A DNA stretch of 28,423 nucleotides, taken from positions 1-28,423 of the IMG/VR virus record IMGVR_UViG_2537562173_000011, one strand, 5' to 3'. This DNA comes from a virus (lineage: Duplodnaviria > Heunggongvirae > Uroviricota > Caudoviricetes). The position numbers were made by a program, and so were the translations under genes. Of this stretch, positions 18,439 to 27,412 are shown one piece after another (the first letter of the stretch is position 1; every line of letters begins with the position of its first letter). The notes below the pieces were generated by a model. That model worked only from the letters and a program-made list of their open reading frames with translations. It ran no database searches and had not been told where the DNA came from.

Positions 18439-20306
18439 TTACTGCTGTGGTTGTTGCTGAGTTGATTTTTGCAGGATGCTGCTGATGTCCATGCGCTGCG
18501 CATGGCCCTGTGCCTGACTTTTCAGGACAAGCTCTGCATCAGCACGGGCATTGTCTCCTTGCTGTTGCTGGAACTGTCCGAGCAGTTTCAGAGCCTCGCG
18601 GATATCAGATTTCTGCTGGCTATCGGCAGATGCGAGGATTTTCACAACATTTGCCGCTGCAACCTGAGCATCAGTCTGTGCCTGGAATGCTTTAACCTGA
18701 ATGGCTGCCTGCTCGTTCTGCGCTTTCTGCAATTCAGCCTGACCAGCAAGAAGCTGACCTTGCGCAGCAACCATAGCCGGATCTGGCTGACTGGCCTGTT
18801 GTTGTTTCGCCTGCTCAACCATCTGCTGTTCTTCTGGCGTTCTCGGCTTGATAACTCCAGACAGAAGCAACTGATTGCGGTTGTATTCTTTAAGGTCGTC
18901 CATCCCTTCGCCGTCCATATTGTCGAGGATCATCGACGATACAAGGTCGTGTTTCGGCGTTCCGGGCGGGATAAGTGCCAGCATGGAAAGTAACGACTTA
19001 ACCGTTGCGTCACGGCGAGTAGCGAACGCCTGACCGACATCGACAGTCACAGCCCGGCAAGAGCTGGAGGCATTTGTGTCGGAGGCGTATAACTGCTGAC
19101 CTGAGCCTGCGCAGTAATATCTCCGTTTTTGTTTTTCAGACTGACCATCGGCAGGAACGCCGGGCGCTTTTTGTTGCGCTCCGCCCAATGAGTGGCGAGA
19201 GGACCAGGAATCATGTCAACATCAACTACAGGAATGCCATCACCGCCAGCCTGAGTAGCGTTATCTGCAATCATGGAAACCATCAGGTTCTCAAGACGCT
19301 GTGCATCCATCGCTTTTGCTGCGTGGCCTTCGATTCGTTCCTGATTATCAACAAATGAGCGACGTCCATATACCGGGATGAGAGGAATATGTTCGCCCGG
19401 AATACGCTTCGGTTCTTCCAGCCATTCAGCGCCAGACAGAAGGCCGCAATAAACGCGGCGTTTCTTCACCGTTCGCTCGCCAATCAGTTCGAATGCACCA
19501 TCGGTCAGCTCGTCGACAATATCTTTGATTTGCTCTTCATCATAGATTGCCGTTTCTCCGCTAACAGGGTTGCGCCATGCCGTGAGCTTCACCTTCTCTA
19601 TGCGAACTTCGTAGTAGCGCCCAACATAGATGGCATCTGGCGTTGACCAGTCATATTGAGTGCCAGTCTCATCACGAGAAAGGCCTGCCGCGATGGAATC
19701 AGGGTATTCAGCCTCGAACGCTTTAGGCGTCATGGAGAACATTTCCATAGCCCACATAGCATCAGAACGGTCATATTGCTTGCTGTCCTGATCGAAGAAG
19801 ACGCATGTCGCTGGGTCGTAAACAGGAAGAAGGCTGATGCGTCGCTGCTCGTTACTTGGGTCCATTTCATCTTCGTAATCGGCACACATGCGGAAACAAC
19901 CGAATCCGCCCGTTACAGCATCATCAAATGCGTTATCACACGCTTCGCCACCTGATGTTTCCTGATAGTCAGCGCGGAATTTGCCGTTCATCTTTTTGGC
20001 TAACGCTTCCGATGCCTTGTCATCCTTCGGCCTGAATTTAACGCTGATGCGATTCTGTCGATACTCGCCAATGATGCGATCACATTCACGGGCAATCTTA
20101 TTCAGTTCAAAGCGCGGGTAATGCTCAAACCTGCCTTCATCAAATGAGTAACCAGCGTTTGTGCTGCCTTCCCACTGTGCGCCGGATACCCGGACGAAAC
20201 GTTGAGCCTCAATAATCTGCTCACGCATATCCTGCGTTGCTGACCAGGCATTATCAAAGTTGCACAGCACCTTGCGATGCCAGTCAGTCATCTTTTTTTC
20301 TGCCAT
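18439..20306 (-). pseudogene. Portal protein (P22 gp1 family), apparently split across two overlapping reading frames
   Basis: ORF 19047..20306 carries portal N-terminal motifs (RTVKKRRVY, GEHIPLIPVYG); ORF 18439..19188 carries the C-terminal barrel region (KPRTPEEQQ...DPAMVAAQGQLLAGQAELQKAQN). The two are in different frames and overlap by 142 bp. Confidence 0.65.
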
Positions 20307-20307
20307 A

Positions 20308-21723
20308 TCAACCTACACCACAAGGAATTGAGTAACTGGAATAGTCGGGTTGCGCAGCCGACTCCGGGCAATGCATACACATCATCAGCGCATCAGCCAG
20401 GTTAGGAGATGGGATACCGAGCTTCTGCTTCATTTCGACCTTAGTCATAAGCTCCAGTTTCCCGTTATTATTGAATTTGCGCTGAATCTGCGTCAGTTCT
20501 GCAAACAGTTTCTCCAGCATCTTCTCGCCTATCGCTTCTTTGTCGAAGCTCAGCATGTCGTCGGGGTCTGCATACTCACCGTGGACAACCGCCCGATATG
20601 TCAGATACAGCCTGTCAGCCAGCGCGTAATAGAATTGCGCTCGCTTATTGCGGAATACATCGCCAATAGTGCGAACGTTGTCACCCTGTACGACTTCATC
20701 AGCCCATGCTCCGGCCTGATACGGAGCATCTTCATCGAATGGCGATTCGCTGCCCTTGAACATCGTGGCGGTAATTTTCTTGCCGGAGAATGCTTCCGTT
20801 GTCTGTCTGCGTAGCCCTGCACCGACACCATCGCCATCCCACAGGTAATGGTCAGCGCCGTCTTCAATCGCCAGCGAAGTAGCCCAGTCAGCACCCTCGT
20901 TGATGTCCATCAGCAGACCTTCGGCAATGCGCTTAACTACCGAACCGTGACGCGATGCATAACCTTTAGCATCTGGCCCTGTATCTGATGGGTCATGCGC
21001 AGAGACAACAGCGCCTTTCGCTTTCCATCCGAGTTTCTTGTGCGCATCGGTTGCGGCTTCAAGCCATTCACGTTTGATGATTGCCATATCACTTGCGCTT
21101 ACTGGCTCACCAAGCCAGATGTGACGATACAGTGTCGGGTTTCTGCGTTTACACTCTTCCATCTCCAGACGGAGAACTTCAGGAAAGTGCGGGTTGTCGG
21201 TGTAGTTCACCGTCAGCAGGCAAATATCATCGGGAGGATTTACGACGAATCGCTGATAGGTATCGTCGAGGATGTTCTTCGGGTTAAAGCTCACCCATAT
21301 TTCAGAGAACGGCTTACGGATGGGTGGGGTCAGGATATCCCATGATTCCTTCGTTACCGCTTCCGCTTCTTCCACCCAGCAGATATCAATGCCTTCGAGC
21401 GATTTAATCTTCGTCGGGTTGTTTTTGATGCCGTAGAACATGAATTCAGCATTCGTTCCGAGATGACGAATCATTGAACGCTGAATTTCAAACTCAGCCG
21501 AATACCCTTCCCGCTCGATGGTGTCTTCAAGCAACCGGATTACCGAATCGCTGATACTGTTTTGCAGTTCACGAGCACAGAGGATGCGCACAGGCTGCCG
21601 ACGCGCCGCTTCAACAAGCAGCCTCGCAATTGCCCATGACTTACCGCTACCTCGACCGCCTTTGGCGACTTTGTAGCGATGCGCCTCAATGAACGGTTCA
21701 AAGATAGGATTAATCGAGGTCAT
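20308..21723 (-). CDS. Terminase large subunit
   Basis: 471 aa; Walker A KGGRGSGKS near the N-terminus; C-terminal nuclease-like domain; stop abuts the portal start. Confidence 0.9.
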   Translation of the reverse strand: MTSINPIFEPFIEAHRYKVAKGGRGSGKSWAIARLLVEAARRQPVRILCARELQNSISDSVIRLLEDTIEREGYSAEFEIQRSMIRHLGTNAEFMFYGIKNNPTKIKSLEGIDICWVEEAEAVTKESWDILTPPIRKPFSEIWVSFNPKNILDDTYQRFVVNPPDDICLLTVNYTDNPHFPEVLRLEMEECKRRNPTLYRHIWLGEPVSASDMAIIKREWLEAATDAHKKLGWKAKGAVVSAHDPSDTGPDAKGYASRHGSVVKRIAEGLLMDINEGADWATSLAIEDGADHYLWDGDGVGAGLRRQTTEAFSGKKITATMFKGSESPFDEDAPYQAGAWADEVVQGDNVRTIGDVFRNKRAQFYYALADRLYLTYRAVVHGEYADPDDMLSFDKEAIGEKMLEKLFAELTQIQRKFNNNGKLELMTKVEMKQKLGIPSPNLADALMMCMHCPESAAQPDYSSYSIPCGVG

Positions 21724-22160
21724 TTTCCGAATAGAGTGCTCATCGGTGATGTTTCAATCTGGATTGCGCCGCCGTCTTTGCCTGTTAGCTCGTGATCAAC
21801 CTTGTCGCGCCATTTATCCTTCTGTCGGTTCTTAAGCCAGAAGATGGCAGCTGTTGTATCAGGCGGGTAATACTTCTCAAGAGGAGTTTCGACAATTCTG
21901 TTTTCAATAACACGAATATCGATGTCTGGAGCCACGAAGCCCATAGCGCGTTGATAAAGACGGTCACTAACTTCTGCATCAGCGACGGCCTTACCCTTTT
22001 TTATGGACTCCGAAAACTCAGGATAATCAAGCTTCCACTTGTTAATAGTTGACTCACTGACTTCGAAGAAATCAGCAAGCTCTGCATCGGTGTAGCCCAG
22101 CAAGCACAGTTTGCGTGCCTGTTCGGCATACGCCTCTTGATACTTTGTTGGGCGCGCCAT
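21720..22160 (-). CDS. Terminase small subunit (putative)
   Basis: 146 aa directly upstream of and overlapping the large terminase start (ATGA); N-terminal HTH-like segment (TDAELADFFEVSESTINKWK). Confidence 0.6.
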   Translation of the reverse strand: MARPTKYQEAYAEQARKLCLLGYTDAELADFFEVSESTINKWKLDYPEFSESIKKGKAVADAEVSDRLYQRAMGFVAPDIDIRVIENRIVETPLEKYYPPDTTAAIFWLKNRQKDKWRDKVDHELTGKDGGAIQIETSPMSTLFGK

Positions 22161-22162
22161 GT

Positions 22163-22405
22163 TTATGCTCCGGTGGTGAACAGGTCTAACGCTTCCTTCG
22201 ATTTACGCACCGCTTCGATAGTGCGGGTCGTGATATCTGAATTAGCGCCGCCTGACTGGAAGTGAATTTTGAATAGCTCAAGCTTCAGTTCGTCAGTGCC
22301 AATGAACTGAAATGCTTCCTCTGCGGCTGCGTTCTGGTTCATGACCAGCTTGTAAATCTCTAACTGGAATTTCTGTTCTTCAGTCATGGGAATAATCTCT
22401 GCCAT
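22163..22405 (-). CDS. Hypothetical small phage protein (80 aa)
   Basis: ATG 22405 with GGAG upstream; tightly packed ahead of the small terminase. Confidence 0.4.
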   Translation of the reverse strand: MAEIIPMTEEQKFQLEIYKLVMNQNAAAEEAFQFIGTDELKLELFKIHFQSGGANSDITTRTIEAVRKSKEALDLFTTGA

Positions 22406-22508
22406 TGTTGGCTCCGTTTATCCGTTAAAAGGGATATCAGTTAAGTTATCCCGTGTAGGGTATAAGCCATTGTCAAAGCCACTCTGTAGGGAATGGCTTT
22501 TGTAATAA

Positions 22509-22889
22509 CTACTGTTCGCTTAGCTTCTGCTTCAGCAAGTAACCTTCGAGCATCCAGATTTTGTTTACAGCATTCTGCCGGGCAATCTTCCGACCAATTT
22601 CTGCATCAAAGTTTTCCGGGCTTGCACAGGCACTCTCTCCGGTGACGGTGAAGCCATTCTTCAGCACCAGTACGCAGAAAGTGAGCAACTTCAATGGTGA
22701 TAAATCACGATCGCCTTCTTCTGGTTTTTCCCTGCCACAATATTCGTTGCTGGAAATGGCACCATTTCGTCCATCATAAGCAGTAAAGTAATGCTCGCTT
22801 TTAATCACGTCTTCGATGTGCTGCGGGGTGATTCGCGGTGCCGTTTTGCCTTTCTCAACGATTTCTTTTTCGATTTGCTGGTCGTTCAT
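22509..22889 (-). CDS. Hypothetical phage protein (126 aa)
   Basis: Clean ATG start, consistent codon usage; between rha and the packaging genes. No function recognised. Confidence 0.45.
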   Translation of the reverse strand: MNDQQIEKEIVEKGKTAPRITPQHIEDVIKSEHYFTAYDGRNGAISSNEYCGREKPEEGDRDLSPLKLLTFCVLVLKNGFTVTGESACASPENFDAEIGRKIARQNAVNKIWMLEGYLLKQKLSEQ

Positions 22890-23047
22890 AATTATGACCC
22901 TGTAGAGTGGTTGCTTGATTAGGATGTCTTTCCATCAGTCCGCCACCACAAAGAATCTTTTTTGCCATAAGGCAGGAGGTTCATCTTTCAGTGGCTGCCA
23001 GTGTTATTTCCCCACTTTCTGGCTTGGGTTGTTTCGCTGTACTGCCG

Positions 23048-23590
23048 TTAATTGGTGAGTCCGGGGATTACGGTTTGCCCGTGCTGTTCAAGGCGTTCAA
23101 TTCTCGCCAGTAGCTGAGGCTTCTTAATTTTTCCCCAGCGATTAAGCAGGCGGCCTGACATGCTGGCAACATCCTTCTCTTTCATGTACTCCAGCATTAC
23201 GGCATTTCTCTCTTCTTCAAATTGACGATGACCAACCTGAAGCATGGCGTACATCCAGTTGAATGCGTTGATGTAAGCAATTTTGATACGCATTGCTTCT
23301 TTTTTGGTGTAGGACATAACCAAAAGCATCAACCCATCCTTGCGGAGACGGTAGAATTTTTGCGGCTTACCATTCTGTAACTCATTGTTTTTATAGCAAA
23401 GCTCAAAGTTGAGCTTTGTATCAAACTCAGGAGGGCAAGCTTCTATGGTTCGTTCAATGTCACGAACCACGTTCTTCGGCAGCTTTCCAAATGCTTTTGC
23501 CACCATAAAAGAATCTGTAACCGGATCGTTGTTTGCTACAAAAATTAGGTCTCTGAAATCTATATCGTTAACAACGGTTGGGTAGTTCAT
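23048..23590 (-). CDS. rha: Rha-family phage regulatory protein
   Basis: N-terminal VTDSFMVAKAFGKLPKNVVRDIERTIEA resembles the Rha/ORF6 N-terminal domain; P22 carries rha between lysis and packaging genes. Start chosen at ATG 23590 (MNYPTVV...); the track ORF extends to 23659. Confidence 0.6.
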   Translation of the reverse strand: MNYPTVVNDIDFRDLIFVANNDPVTDSFMVAKAFGKLPKNVVRDIERTIEACPPEFDTKLNFELCYKNNELQNGKPQKFYRLRKDGLMLLVMSYTKKEAMRIKIAYINAFNWMYAMLQVGHRQFEEERNAVMLEYMKEKDVASMSGRLLNRWGKIKKPQLLARIERLEQHGQTVIPGLTN

Positions 23591-23737
23591 TGCGTCTTTA
23601 CCTTTTAGAAAGATGAGCCTGTTCGCACAGAAAAGCCGCCCCGAGATGGTCGCCACCATATACGGCAGTTCTCAGGCTCAGCTTTCTGAAAGACTCGGGA
23701 TTGTTACGCGCTGCGATGCGCGGTTTACTGCAGATAT

Positions 23738-23761
23738 AAAAAAGCCCCGCGAATGCGAGGC
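23738..23761 (-). terminator. Possible rho-independent terminator downstream of the lysis cassette
   Basis: Minus-strand gcctcgc-auuc-gcggggc stem (one G-U pair) followed by UUUUUUAUAU, in a 276-bp ORF-free spacer between Rz and rha. Confidence 0.4.
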
Positions 23762-23935
23762 TAAATCCTGGTATTTGTAATGACTGGCTCTTATCTCAAC
23801 GCAGCCCCTTACCGCGCGCCAGATGCTCAATATCAAGCATCAGCAATGAGATGTTTAATCTGGATTCACTCCAGAAGTGATCACCACCCTGTCTACAGAG
23901 CCAGATGTGAAGGATGATGAGTAAAATTATCGCTA

Positions 23936-24373
23936 TCATCGAAGGCATTGCGTCCTGATGTACTCCTGCAGGTAGTTAACCTGCGCGGTTATCCTGTCGA
24001 TTCCACTTCGGAGACGGTAATAATTGAGTTCAGCATCTGCTGTAAGTCTTGGGTTTTCTCCATCGCCCATGCTGCTGGCTCCGGTCGTTGACTTTGCACA
24101 GGTGGCGGCGACTTGCAGGCGCTTACGCCCAGCAGAAACATCAGCACGGAGACTTTCGATAGTCGCGTTAGCATCAGCAAGCTCCTTTGTGTATCTTGCG
24201 TCGAGTTCTGCTACATCACGTTGACGCTTCCGCATATCAGCGATGATGGATGTGGCTTTATCTCGCTGCTCTTTGTAGGCGATTGCATTATCACGGTAAT
24301 GATTAACAGCCCATGACAGGCAGACGATGATGAAAATAATCGGAGCGGAGATAATCGCGGTGACTCTGCTCAT
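23936..24373 (-). CDS. Rz: Inner-membrane spanin Rz (lambda type)
   Basis: 145 aa, [31 protein letters not shown]... closely matches lambda Rz; start overlaps the R stop (ATGA). Confidence 0.85.
   Translation of the reverse strand: MSRVTAIISAPIIFIIVCLSWAVNHYRDNAIAYKEQRDKATSIIADMRKRQRDVAELDARYTKELADANATIESLRADVSAGRKRLQVAATCAKSTTGASSMGDGENPRLTADAELNYYRLRSGIDRITAQVNYLQEYIRTQCLR
23989..24174 (-). CDS. Rz1: Outer-membrane lipoprotein spanin Rz1, embedded in Rz in the +1 frame
   Basis: 61 aa from ATG 24174; lipobox LLGVSAC; proline-rich PPPVQ segment as in lambda Rz1; fully nested within Rz. Confidence 0.75.
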   Translation of the reverse strand: MLTRLSKVSVLMFLLGVSACKSPPPVQSQRPEPAAWAMEKTQDLQQMLNSIITVSEVESTG

Positions 24374-24846
24374 ACCTCAATCTCTCTGCCCGTCCCGCCA
24401 GCCTCTTTGAATTTTGCAATCAGGTTGTCAGCCTTATGCTCGAACTGACCATAACCAGCGCCCGGCAGTGAAGCCCAGATATTGCTGCAACGGTCGATTG
24501 CCTGACGAATATCACCGCGGTCAATCATCGGTAAAGCGCCACGCTCTTTAATCTGCTGCAATGCCACAGCGTCCTGACTTTTCGGAGAGAAGTCTTTCAG
24601 ACCAAGCTGCTTACGGTAGGCATCCCACCAACGGGAAAGAAGCTGGTAGCGTCCGGCGGCTGTTGATTTGAGTTTTGGGTTTAGCGTGACAAGCTTGCGA
24701 GGGTGATCGGAGTAATCAGTAAATAGCTCTCCGCCTACAATGACGTCATAACCATGATTTCTGGTTTTCTGCCGTCCGTTATCAGTTCCCTCTGACCACG
24801 CCAGCATATCGAGGAACGCCTTACGTTGATTATTGATTTCCACCAT
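24370..24846 (-). CDS. R: Endolysin, lambda R-type lytic transglycosylase
   Basis: 158 aa, [53 protein letters not shown]... is near-identical to lambda R as recalled. Confidence 0.9.
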   Translation of the reverse strand: MVEINNQRKAFLDMLAWSEGTDNGRQKTRNHGYDVIVGGELFTDYSDHPRKLVTLNPKLKSTAAGRYQLLSRWWDAYRKQLGLKDFSPKSQDAVALQQIKERGALPMIDRGDIRQAIDRCSNIWASLPGAGYGQFEHKADNLIAKFKEAGGTGREIEV

Positions 24847-25082
24847 CTTCTACTCCGGCTTTTTTAGCAGCGAAGCGTTTGATAAGCGAACCAATCGAGT
24901 CAGTACCGATGTAGCCGATGAACACGCTCGTTATATAAGCGAGATTGCTACTTAGTCCGGCGAAGTCGAGAAGGTCACGAATGAACCAGGCGATAATGGC
25001 GCACATCGTTGCGTCGATTACTGTTTTTGTAAACGCACCGCCATTATATCTGCCGCGAAGGTACGCCATTGCAAACGCAAGG
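24830..25082 (-). pseudogene. S: Holin S (lambda type), lacking its native N-terminus and start codons
   Basis: From ...[45 protein letters not shown]... to the C-terminus the translation matches lambda S, but the first ~24 codons ([24 protein letters not shown]) are replaced by the foldback/homopolymer junction. Confidence 0.8.
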
Positions 25083-25139
25083 CATCGGGGCAATCCTTGC
25101 GTTTGCAATGGCGTACCTTCGCGGCAGATATAATGGCGG
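25038..25139. repeat. Perfect 45-bp inverted repeat (foldback) with 12-bp spacer
   Basis: Left arm 25038-25082 is the exact reverse complement of right arm 25095-25139; both are holin S codons ~22-40, once in each orientation. The plus-strand copy plus spacer reads [21 protein letters not shown]. Confidence 0.95.
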
Positions 25140-25167
25140 GGGGGGTGTAAAAAAAAAAAAAAAAAAA
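25138..25167. repeat. Homopolymer tract G8-TGT-A19
   Basis: Read directly: gggggggg tgt aaaaaaaaaaaaaaaaaaa, between the foldback repeat and the argE-derived sequence. Confidence 0.95.
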
Positions 25168-25170
25168 TCC

Positions 25171-26022
25171 CCGCCATTTATCGAGATTTACCGTGCTCTG
25201 ATTGCCACACCTTCAATAAGCGCCACGGAAGAGGCACTCGATCAAAGCAATGCAGATTTAATCACTCTGCTGGCGGACTGGTTTAAGGATTTAGGCTTCA
25301 ATGTGGAAGTACAGCCTGTGCCAGGAACTCGCAACAAATTTAATATGCTGGCCAGTTGCGGACAGGGGGCTGGCGGTTTGTTGCTGGCGGGGCATACCGA
25401 TACGGTGCCATTTGATGACGGACGCTGGACGCGCGATCCATTTACGTTGACGGAGCATGACGGCAAGCTTTACGGCTTAGGCACCGCCGACATGAAAGGC
25501 TTTTTTGCGTTTATCCTTGATGCGCTACGCGATGTCGACGTCACGAAGCTTGCAAAACCGCTCTACATTCTGGCGACTGCCGATGAAGAAACCAGTATGG
25601 CCGGAGCGCGTTATTTTGCCGAAACTACCGCCCTGCGCCCGGATTGCGCCATCATTGGCGAGCCAACGTCGCTGCAACCGGTACGCGCGCATAAAGGTCA
25701 TATCTCTAACGCCATCCGTATTCAGGGCCAGTCGGGCCACTCCAGCGATCCAGCACGCGGAGTTAACGCTATCGAACTGATGCACGACGCCATCGGGCAT
25801 ATTTTGCAATTGCGCGATAACCTGAAAGAACGTTATCACTACGACGCGTTTACCGTGCCATACCCTACGCTCAACCTCGGGCATATCCACGGCGGCGATG
25901 CATCTAACCGTATTTGCGCTTGTTGTGAGTTGCATATGGATATTCGTCCGCTGCCAGGCATGACACTCAATGAACTTAACGGTTTGCTCAACGATGCATT
26001 GGCTCCAGTGAGCGAACGCTGG
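25171..26022 (+). pseudogene. argE: Internal fragment of acetylornithine deacetylase gene argE (about codons 6-289), no start codon, truncated 3' end
   Basis: Translation [62 protein letters not shown]...SERW matches E. coli ArgE as recalled; homology is lost after SERW, followed by VGL-stop. Confidence 0.85.
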
Positions 26023-26059
26023 GTGGGCTTGTGATGGTTGCTGAATGCAAAAGCAGCAG

Positions 26060-26100
26060 CATATGTGAATATTATGGCTAAATGGCTAATTGCATGTCAA
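26060..26100 (-). promoter_or_regulatory. Candidate late promoter pR' (sigma70-like TTGACA-N18-CATAAT) overlapping the 3' end of Q
   Basis: Minus-strand TTGACAtgcaattagccatttagcCATAAT; directed toward the lysis genes, at the position where lambdoid phages place pR'. Confidence 0.35.
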
Positions 26101-26596
26101 GGCTTTTAACAGCAACATGCTTAACTTTCTCAACACGTTTACGCATTTTGAAAGCATTTTGCATTGGTTGGTACAAAACAAATAACGACGCTTTCAGGAT
26201 GTCGTCAATTTCGTTTCTACAGGTTGCCATTGAAGGTTTTCTCCATCCCTCGCCACCACGTCCACACATCTTGCGTGGCTTTGCAGTCGCGTGATAGTAG
26301 GATGCAATTGCTCGCTTAGATGAACCATGAGCGTAGTAGCTGAGGAGGATGCCAAAGGCTTTCTTGTCAATGTACATGACGGAATCAACGACCTGAGAAA
26401 TCAACATTCCATCATCATCATTACACATTGGCCTTGTCATAATTCTTCCCGGCTCTACGCTCTCCATGAACTTCGCTATTACGCTGCTCATGCGCTTTTC
26501 CAGACGACCTGAATAAACCCATGCGCCCCACAGTTCAAGCCAGCCATTCAGCCACTCGTGCTGCTCTTTGGTGAGGTTTAGTTCTCTTATGCTCAT
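26078..26596 (-). CDS. Late-gene antiterminator Q (putative, non-lambda type)
   Basis: 172 aa at the canonical position between ninH and the lysis cassette; start overlaps the ninH stop (ATGA); contains a WLELWGAWV motif like the WGAW motif I recall in phage 21/82-type Q proteins. Not lambda Q. Confidence 0.55.
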   Translation of the reverse strand: MSIRELNLTKEQHEWLNGWLELWGAWVYSGRLEKRMSSVIAKFMESVEPGRIMTRPMCNDDDGMLISQVVDSVMYIDKKAFGILLSYYAHGSSKRAIASYYHATAKPRKMCGRGGEGWRKPSMATCRNEIDDILKASLFVLYQPMQNAFKMRKRVEKVKHVAVKSLDMQLAI

Positions 26597-26781
26597 CGTC
26601 TTCCCCTCTTGCCTTGTTTGACCATCAGGACGCCGTTAACTATTACGTGACGCTCGCCTTTGCTGTCTCGGTTGTACTTGAGCACTGTTCCTCTTGCGCA
26701 GGAAAGCATCCTCGCCACTTCGGTCTGATTGCCTCGTGTCTGGATAAGAAGCTCTGGTATCGTTTGAATTGTGGCGTTCAT
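26593..26781 (-). CDS. ninH: NinH-like DNA-binding protein
   Basis: 62 aa, ...TIPELLIQTRGNQTEVARMLSCARGTVLKYNRDSKGERHVIVNGVLMV resembles lambda NinH (GNQTEVARRLKCSRGTVRKY); start overlaps the rusA stop. Confidence 0.7.
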   Translation of the reverse strand: MNATIQTIPELLIQTRGNQTEVARMLSCARGTVLKYNRDSKGERHVIVNGVLMVKQGKRGRR

Positions 26782-27140
26782 GCGTTCTCCAGTTCGGTGA
26801 TTTTTATTCCAAGCCGTCCGCCTGGTACTTTCACACCACGAATTACGCGAATGTCATCGAATTGCTCGTCGTCTTCCGCAAATCCGGCGTGGATAAGGGA
26901 GTCGAGTAAACCTTTCAGGATGTTGTCGAGGTCGCGGCGGCGGGAGTCTGGAACGTCTGCGATGACTTTGATACGGAGTCGTGATTTGGTGAAAATGTCT
27001 AACTTGAGTTGGCGGATGATTTGCTGAACGTCTTTTCGGTATTTCTGGCCTTTATCGCTGATGTAGTATTGGCTTCCCCGTCTTCGCCAGTAGGTATTCA
27101 CCGACGGCGGGTATGGAAGCACAAACTGATATTCGTTCAT
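26778..27140 (-). CDS. rusA: Holliday junction resolvase RusA
   Basis: 120 aa, ...LPYPPSVNTYWRRRG...DVPDSRRRDLDNILKGLLDSL... matches the RusA family signature (PDxRRRDLDN). Confidence 0.85.
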   Translation of the reverse strand: MNEYQFVLPYPPSVNTYWRRRGSQYYISDKGQKYRKDVQQIIRQLKLDIFTKSRLRIKVIADVPDSRRRDLDNILKGLLDSLIHAGFAEDDEQFDDIRVIRGVKVPGGRLGIKITELENA

Positions 27141-27412
27141 TGGACAAACACCCTCCCATTGTTAACCAATTTTTTAAGGGTAAGCACAATGGCCCGATCC
27201 ATTTCAGCCCTTCGCTCTTCCCTGCTCATATCTCTCCCATTATCAATTCTTGAATGACAATCAACACATAGCGCAGCAGTAAGGCAATCATCTACTTTAA
27301 TCCCAACCCCCTTCCCTTCATTTCTGTGAGCGGCCTGAACTCCGTATCTTCCGCAAAGAACGCAAAATTCAATATCCCTGACTGCCTGAAGCCATTTTTT
27401 GCTTCTAAACAT
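27137..27412 (-). CDS. Cys-rich nin-region protein (YbcO/DUF1364-like)
   Basis: 91 aa from ATG 27412; cysteine pairs CVLCG ... CVDCH suggest a zinc-binding nuclease-like fold; sits upstream of rusA as in DLP12-type nin regions. Confidence 0.5.
   Translation of the reverse strand: MFRSKKWLQAVRDIEFCVLCGRYGVQAAHRNEGKGVGIKVDDCLTAALCVDCHSRIDNGRDMSREERRAEMDRAIVLTLKKLVNNGRVFVQ

Noticed and set aside
25149-25167. A19 tract as a poly(A) tail indicating eukaryotic or retro-element origin
   Set aside because: Flanking sequence is bacterial and phage on both sides and no reverse transcriptase or target-site duplication is present; an artefact or slippage is more parsimonious, though unresolved without reads.
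25069-25170. Track ORF 25069..26034 taken at face value as an intact 321-aa protein
   Set aside because: Its first ~35 residues are translated from the inverted holin copy and the A19 tract (KKKKKK); only from about 25171 is it genuine ArgE sequence, so it is a chimeric reading frame.
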